From: Candidatus Zixiibacteriota bacterium
GTDB taxonomy: Bacteria; Zixibacteria; MSB-5A5; GN15; FEB-12
NCBI GenBank assembly: GCA_022571985.1
Contig: JACZWU010000007.1
Location: forward strand, 25,986-89,985
Direction: 5' to 3'
DNA: 64,000 nt
Below the pieces are notes generated by a model. It saw nothing but the letters and a program-made list of their open reading frames with translations. It was not told the DNA's origin and ran no database searches. The position numbers were made by a program, and so were the translations under genes. Numbering within the stretch: the stretch's first letter is position 1; each line of letters opens with the position of its first letter. This document shows, piece after piece, positions 59,151 to 64,000 of the stretch.

Positions 59151-60152
59151 CTATAGCAATAGAATATGTAGTTTTGGATTAATTACTTTGGCTATCTTAT
59201 CAATATCTTTGACTGCTTGTTCGTATTTATCTCTTAAATCTTCAAACATTCTAAAATTAGGTGGCTTTTGCCAATTTAACAAAACAAATTTATTGCAGGC
59301 ATCACTTTGGTCATGAGTGATCAACTGCTCGATTGAACGCTCAACAGCAACCCAAGTCTTCTTAATTAGTGGAAAAAGTAGTTTCGTATAAGTTGGGTAT
59401 CCCAATTGCGAAAAGAAATTGTCTTGATGCCCTATAGAATGATATCTGTCATCTGGCTTCCAAGTGCACTTGAAGACTCTCTCTATGTCCCTACCACGAA
59501 TTCTCCTTTTATAAGAATGTATAGCTTTCCATTCTCGAATGGATAACGCTTGATTAATCTTGTCAATAAATTGGACTATCTGGTGTTGGTCATAAACTCC
59601 TAAAGCTTCGTATTGCTTTTCGTTTAGCTTAAGGTCAAAATTGAATTGTTTCTTGTACATTTCTGGTTCTGCTTGCGCCCTTGCTTCCATTTGGACAAAA
59701 ACTGTATGGAGAACTTGGTCAGGGACTCGTAGATTCTTAACCTCGAAGAGAAATAATTCATTCTCTTTATTGGCTCTATAGTCAGGCGTCTTATCATCAG
59801 TTTCTGCTATTTTCTCAATTTCAGAATAATTATGATCAATAATCCAGGCAATTCCATTTAATTCCGCCAACAAATCAGTCATTTTGTCGTCAAAGCCGCC
59901 ATCGTTACCAGACAATGCGTTTGACATCTGACAAAATAGAGAGAGACCATGATCTTTGACCTTCTTCAAGATCGATTCAATCATATCGATATTGGTTGCC
60001 GAATTTGTGAGAATTATCTGCACTAACTCATTTTCCAACCAATCCTTGTTACTAACTCTTTCTTCAAGCATGTCTTTGAAGAATTCCCTTAACAGTGGAT
60101 TCTTGTCCAGCTTTACGAATAGTTCATCTTTCAAATTTTCGAGCGTTGGCAT
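59151..60152 (-). CDS. Hypothetical protein with possible PD-(D/E)xK nuclease motif (AT-rich gene)
   Basis: 333 aa. DDKTPDYRANKENELFLFEVKN gives D-x12-E-x-K in a beta-strand context. Strongly AT-rich relative to its neighbours. Confidence 0.4.
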   Translation of the reverse strand: MPTLENLKDELFVKLDKNPLLREFFKDMLEERVSNKDWLENELVQIILTNSATNIDMIESILKKVKDHGLSLFCQMSNALSGNDGGFDDKMTDLLAELNGIAWIIDHNYSEIEKIAETDDKTPDYRANKENELFLFEVKNLRVPDQVLHTVFVQMEARAQAEPEMYKKQFNFDLKLNEKQYEALGVYDQHQIVQFIDKINQALSIREWKAIHSYKRRIRGRDIERVFKCTWKPDDRYHSIGHQDNFFSQLGYPTYTKLLFPLIKKTWVAVERSIEQLITHDQSDACNKFVLLNWQKPPNFRMFEDLRDKYEQAVKDIDKIAKVINPKLHILLL

Positions 60153-60211
60153 AGATTCAATTTATTCAAAATTTGCTGGATTCCATATCACTTTTACCTA
60201 AAAAAATCCCC

Positions 60212-60240
60212 TTGAGTGGCTTGTCTCAAGGTGGTATAAT
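60212..60240 (+). promoter_or_regulatory. Putative sigma-70 promoter of the lipid A operon
   Basis: TTGAGT-N17-TATAAT, 30 nt upstream of the lpxC-fabZ ATG, which has an AAGGAGAG RBS. Confidence 0.45.
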
Positions 60241-60270
60241 CCGGTTTGAGTTAAGGAGAGATTCCAAATA

Positions 60271-61662
60271 ATGTACGAAAAGCAAAGAACCATAAAATCG
60301 CCCATCTCTATATCCGGCATAGGCCTACATACCGGAAACAACTGCACAATGACCTTCAGGCCGGGTGAAGTTAACAGCGGTATTATCTTTGAAAGAGCCG
60401 ACCTGCCCGAAAAGCCGAGAGTACTGGCCGATATTGACCATGTGGTTGATATCTCACGAGGTACCACTTTGCAGGATGGCGAGGCCAAAGTCCACACAGT
60501 CGAGCATGTTCTGGCCGCTTTTGCCGGCCTTCAGATAGACAATATGATTGTTGAACTGGATAACAATGAACCGCCGGTGATGGATGGTTCTGCTTTGCCG
60601 TACGTCGAGAAACTTCTCAAAGCCGGCATCGTGGAGCAGGCAGAAGATAAGTTCTATCTGGAAATTGATACGCCGATGTCATATAGCGAGCCGGAACGGG
60701 GAGTAGACTTAGTTGCCATACCAGCTGATGAGCTTCGCATTACTTTTTTAATCGATTACAAAAACCCGGCGCTGGGTACGCAGTACACGACCTTGGTAGA
60801 TCTGGAAAAAGAGTTTGTCAAAGAATATGCACCGGCACGGACATTTTGTTTTTTGTCAGAGCTTGAGATGCTTCGCAAGGAAGGCTTAATAAAAGGCGGT
60901 GGAATTGACAATGCGGTGGTGATTTATGATTCGACCGAGGGACAGGTCGAGGTTGACCGGATTAAGAAAGTGCTGAACATAAAAGGGGAAGCGTTTGTAG
61001 GCAAAACCGGCATAATAAACGATGTTCCTCTGCGGTTTTACAACGAACCGGTGCGTCATAAGACTCTGGATTTACTCGGTGATTTATTACTGATAGGAGC
61101 GCCTCTCAAAGGACATATTCTGGCGGCGCGCTCGGGACACAAAGCCAATGTTGCCCTGGCCAAAAAGCTCCGGGAACTTTACAAGAAAAAGAAAATAGCC
61201 AGCAAGTATTCCGGAAAAAATGCCGGAGCGTTTCTGGATATTAACGCTATCAAGAAAATCATGCCGCACCGCTATCCGTTTCTGCTTATAGACAGGATAA
61301 TTGATCTGGTGCCGGACAAAAAAGTTGTGGCCATGAAAAATGTGACAATCAATGAACCGTTTTTCCAGGGACATTTTCCCGGTCATCCGATTATGCCGGG
61401 GGTTTTGATACTTGAGGCGATGGCGCAGTCCGGCGGGATACTGATATTAAATGCCGTTGAAAACCCCGAGGGAAAACTTGTTTATTTTCTGGGAATAGAT
61501 AATGCCAGGTTTCGCAAACCGGTTCTGCCGGGCGACCAGTTAGTATTTGAACTGACTATGAAAACTTTCAGGCGCAACATTTGTAAAATGTCGGGCAAGG
61601 CTTTTGTTGACGGCGTCGAAGTTTGCGGCGCTGATTTTATGGCAATGGTAGTGGACAAATGA
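60271..61662 (+). CDS. lpxC/fabZ: Bifunctional UDP-3-O-acyl-GlcNAc deacetylase / 3-hydroxyacyl-ACP dehydratase
   Basis: N-terminal LpxC (SGIGLHTG, HTVEHVLAA, HKTLDLLGDL). C-terminal FabZ hot-dog (LPHRYPFLLIDRI, FFQGHFPGHPIMPGVL). Confidence 0.9.
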   Translation: MYEKQRTIKSPISISGIGLHTGNNCTMTFRPGEVNSGIIFERADLPEKPRVLADIDHVVDISRGTTLQDGEAKVHTVEHVLAAFAGLQIDNMIVELDNNEPPVMDGSALPYVEKLLKAGIVEQAEDKFYLEIDTPMSYSEPERGVDLVAIPADELRITFLIDYKNPALGTQYTTLVDLEKEFVKEYAPARTFCFLSELEMLRKEGLIKGGGIDNAVVIYDSTEGQVEVDRIKKVLNIKGEAFVGKTGIINDVPLRFYNEPVRHKTLDLLGDLLLIGAPLKGHILAARSGHKANVALAKKLRELYKKKKIASKYSGKNAGAFLDINAIKKIMPHRYPFLLIDRIIDLVPDKKVVAMKNVTINEPFFQGHFPGHPIMPGVLILEAMAQSGGILILNAVENPEGKLVYFLGIDNARFRKPVLPGDQLVFELTMKTFRRNICKMSGKAFVDGVEVCGADFMAMVVDK

Positions 61663-62432
61663 CAGATATTCACTCATCTGCGGTGGTTTCTCCCAAAGCT
61701 GAATTGGGCAAAGATGTTACAGTCGGGCCGTACTCTATCATAGAAGCAGACGTTCAGATCGGTGACGGCTGCAAGTTGGAAAGTTCTGTGGTCATTGCCT
61801 CCGGCGCTCGTTTGGGCAAGAATGTAAGAGTCTCACACGGGGTAGTAATTTCCACCGAGCCGCAGGATTTAAAATTCGGCGGTGAAAAAAGCTGGGTCAA
61901 AATTGGCGACAACTCAACTATCCGCGAGTTTGTTACTATCAATCGCGGCACCTCGGCGCACGGCACAACTACTCTGGGCAAAAATTGCCTGGTAATGTCT
62001 TATGCCCATGTGGCGCATGATTGTATTTTAGGTGATGATGTAATTCTGGCTAACTCAGTTAACTTAGCCGGCCATGTCGAAATTGGAGACTTTGCCATTC
62101 TGGGAGGAGTGTTGCCGGTTCATCAGTTTGTAAAAATCGGGGCGCATTCGATGATTGGCGGCGGTTTCAGAGTGCAGCAGGATGTCTGTCCCTTTGCGCT
62201 GGTGGGCGGATATCCGCTCAAAGTTGTCGGGACAAATTCGATCGGACTGAAGAGGCGGGGTTTTGACAGAGAAGTTGTGAAAATTATTGAGAAAACATTT
62301 AAGATTCTTTTCTTCAGTCATCTGAACACGACTCAGGCTGCTGAAAAAATCAAAAGCGATTTAGAGAGCACGCCTGAAATTGAAGAGATACTCGGTTTTA
62401 TCAATCTTTCGAACCGCGGAATAGTAAAATAG
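61659..62432 (+). CDS. lpxA: Acyl-ACP:UDP-GlcNAc O-acyltransferase
   Basis: Left-handed beta-helix hexapeptide repeats, MSYAHVAHDC, GLKRRGF. ATGA overlap with lpxC/fabZ. Confidence 0.9.
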   Translation: MTDIHSSAVVSPKAELGKDVTVGPYSIIEADVQIGDGCKLESSVVIASGARLGKNVRVSHGVVISTEPQDLKFGGEKSWVKIGDNSTIREFVTINRGTSAHGTTTLGKNCLVMSYAHVAHDCILGDDVILANSVNLAGHVEIGDFAILGGVLPVHQFVKIGAHSMIGGGFRVQQDVCPFALVGGYPLKVVGTNSIGLKRRGFDREVVKIIEKTFKILFFSHLNTTQAAEKIKSDLESTPEIEEILGFINLSNRGIVK

Positions 62433-62453
62433 CGCGGAACTCTTGATAATATA

Positions 62454-63440
62454 ATGAAAAAGATTAAGACAGCAGTTGTCGGCGTCGGAAGTTTAGGGCG
62501 GCATCATCTGCGCTGGTACGCTAAGATAACAGAGAGCGAACTGGTCGGTTTGTACGATATTGATGCCGAACGGGCTAAACAATATTCTGAAGAATATAAG
62601 ATTACGGCGTTTGAATCTCTTGACGATCTGTGCAAGTCCGCTGAAGCGGTTTCGATTGTAACACCTACTACTACTCATCGCGAAGTTGCCTCGACCTTAA
62701 TAAAAAAAGGTATTCACTGCCTGATAGAAAAACCGATAGCAGCAAGTAACGAAGAAGCGAGAGAGATCGAGAAATTAACCGACTCTCACCAGGTGAAAGT
62801 AACTGTTGGGCATATTGAACGTTTCAATCCGGCAGTGGTGGCCCTGCAAGATTTTGATATTCAACCATCGTTTATTGAGGCGCACCGCTTAGCTGCCTTT
62901 GACCTGCGCGGAACCGATGTGGCGGTAGTGCTTGATTTGATGATTCACGATGTTGATCTGGTACTAAAATTTATCAAGTCTGAACTGATTGACATACAGG
63001 CTTCGGCTGTGGCAGTAATTAGTGAACAGGCAGATATCGCCAACGCCAGATTGACTTTTAAAAACGGTGCGGTGGCAAACTTGACAGCTTCACGGATTTC
63101 GCTGAGCACCATGCGGAAACTTCGCATTTTCCAGAAATCCGGTTACTGCTCGCTTGATTTAGCCAAAAAGCAGGCGGATTTTTACAGCTTAGCCGATAGC
63201 AACAGCGACAGCAGCGGCGCCAGGATTCCGCTGGGGAAATCCGGTAAGGAAATTATCTATCTTAAGAAGCCCGATACGGGCAAAGATATGCTCGAAAGCG
63301 AACTCAGCTCGTTTTTGAAGGCCATCATAGATGACCGGCCGGTGGCGGTGACGGTTAGCGAAGGCGTCCGATCGCTTGAAGTTGCGCTTGAGATTAAGCG
63401 AATAGGCTATGAGTCTATTCAAAGAATGCTCGAAAACTAA
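62454..63440 (+). CDS. Gfo/Idh/MocA-family NAD-dependent oxidoreductase (GnnA-like by position)
   Basis: N-terminal Rossmann KTAVVGVGSLGRHH and EKP motif (CLIEKPIA). Located between lpxA and lpxB. Confidence 0.7.
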   Translation: MKKIKTAVVGVGSLGRHHLRWYAKITESELVGLYDIDAERAKQYSEEYKITAFESLDDLCKSAEAVSIVTPTTTHREVASTLIKKGIHCLIEKPIAASNEEAREIEKLTDSHQVKVTVGHIERFNPAVVALQDFDIQPSFIEAHRLAAFDLRGTDVAVVLDLMIHDVDLVLKFIKSELIDIQASAVAVISEQADIANARLTFKNGAVANLTASRISLSTMRKLRIFQKSGYCSLDLAKKQADFYSLADSNSDSSGARIPLGKSGKEIIYLKKPDTGKDMLESELSSFLKAIIDDRPVAVTVSEGVRSLEVALEIKRIGYESIQRMLEN

Positions 63441-63451
63441 AAGCATCAACA

Positions 63452-64000
63452 ATGAAGAACCAGTCTATTTTTATTTCTGCCGGCGACCTGTCAGGGGACA
63501 ACAGCGGGGCGTTGCTAATATCCGAACTCAAAAATATAAATCCCGAACTAAACTTTTTCGGTCTTGGCGGCAGCAGGATGAATCGGCTGGGACAAAAGCA
63601 GCTGGAGGAAATAGAAAATCTGGCGGTCATGGGTTTTCTGGAAGTTGCCAAAAGATATATGTTCTTTCACAGGCTTTTTAATGACTGTATTGAGAAGATA
63701 AAACAGGAACGTCCGGCGGTAGTTGTACTGATAGATTATCCCGGGTTTAATTTGCGCCTGGCCAAAAAAATAAAACCGATCGGTATTCCGGTAATCTATT
63801 ATATTTCACCGCAGCTTTGGGCCTGGGGAGAAAAGAGAGTAGAAATTATCAGAGACAATATCGAACGCATGCTGGTTATTCTCCCTTTCGAAAAAGAATT
63901 TTATAAAAAACATAACATAGAGTCAGATTTTGTCGGGCATTACCTGTTAGAAGATATAGATGAAAAGATGATAAGCTCCGAAGTTCCCTCTGGTGGTCAT
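63452..64000 (+). CDS. lpxB: Lipid-A-disaccharide synthase, 5' partial (runs off the window)
   Basis: Open frame to the window end: MKNQSIFISAGDLSGDNSGALLISELK...VVLIDYPGFNLRLAKK...YYISPQLWAWG, typical of the LpxB N-terminus. Confidence 0.85.
   Translation, partial: MKNQSIFISAGDLSGDNSGALLISELKNINPELNFFGLGGSRMNRLGQKQLEEIENLAVMGFLEVAKRYMFFHRLFNDCIEKIKQERPAVVVLIDYPGFNLRLAKKIKPIGIPVIYYISPQLWAWGEKRVEIIRDNIERMLVILPFEKEFYKKHNIESDFVGHYLLEDIDEKMISSEVPSGGH

Overview
The window is a 64 kb chromosomal segment from a Gram-negative, probably uncultivated bacterium. An FCB-superphylum (Zixibacteria-like) origin is an inference. It rests on the lpxC-fabZ fusion, a T9SS-type C-terminal domain, dockerin-like modules and dense gtcattgcgag / gtcatgctgagc-type intergenic repeats. 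I support about 55 CDS, 2 tRNAs (Met-CAT, Val-CAC) and a type-A RNase P RNA.

Housekeeping genes include gdhA, an M1 aminopeptidase, NDH-2, guaB, recJ and a lipid A operon (lpxC/fabZ-lpxA-oxidoreductase-lpxB). A large acyl-CoA mutase / carboxylase / epimerase cluster lies at 32.5-44.3 kb. There are two type IV pilin loci: a minor-pilin operon with three tandem PilX-like paralogs, and two major pilins next to a PilR-like sigma-54 activator. All three pilin transcription units carry readable -24/-12 promoters.

I found no CRISPR array, transposase, integrase or reverse transcriptase.

The most unusual items are:
- Two AT-rich orphan genes (a 3-TM protein and an NDT/TIR-like Rossmannoid protein) inserted around icmA inside the mutase operon.
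- A translationally coupled operon of a 12-repeat D-x-x-G-x-D-x-Y beta-solenoid exoprotein, a periplasmic HEAT-repeat protein and a YprB-type RNase H-like protein.
- A periplasmic-binding-domain::TolC fusion.
- An omptin-like protease with an intact catalytic tetrad.
- An AT-rich islet (sigma region-4/Zn-ribbon, RHH and PD-(D/E)xK-like proteins) embedded in mosaic hairpin repeats.

All functional calls come from motif reading by eye. No database search was run.
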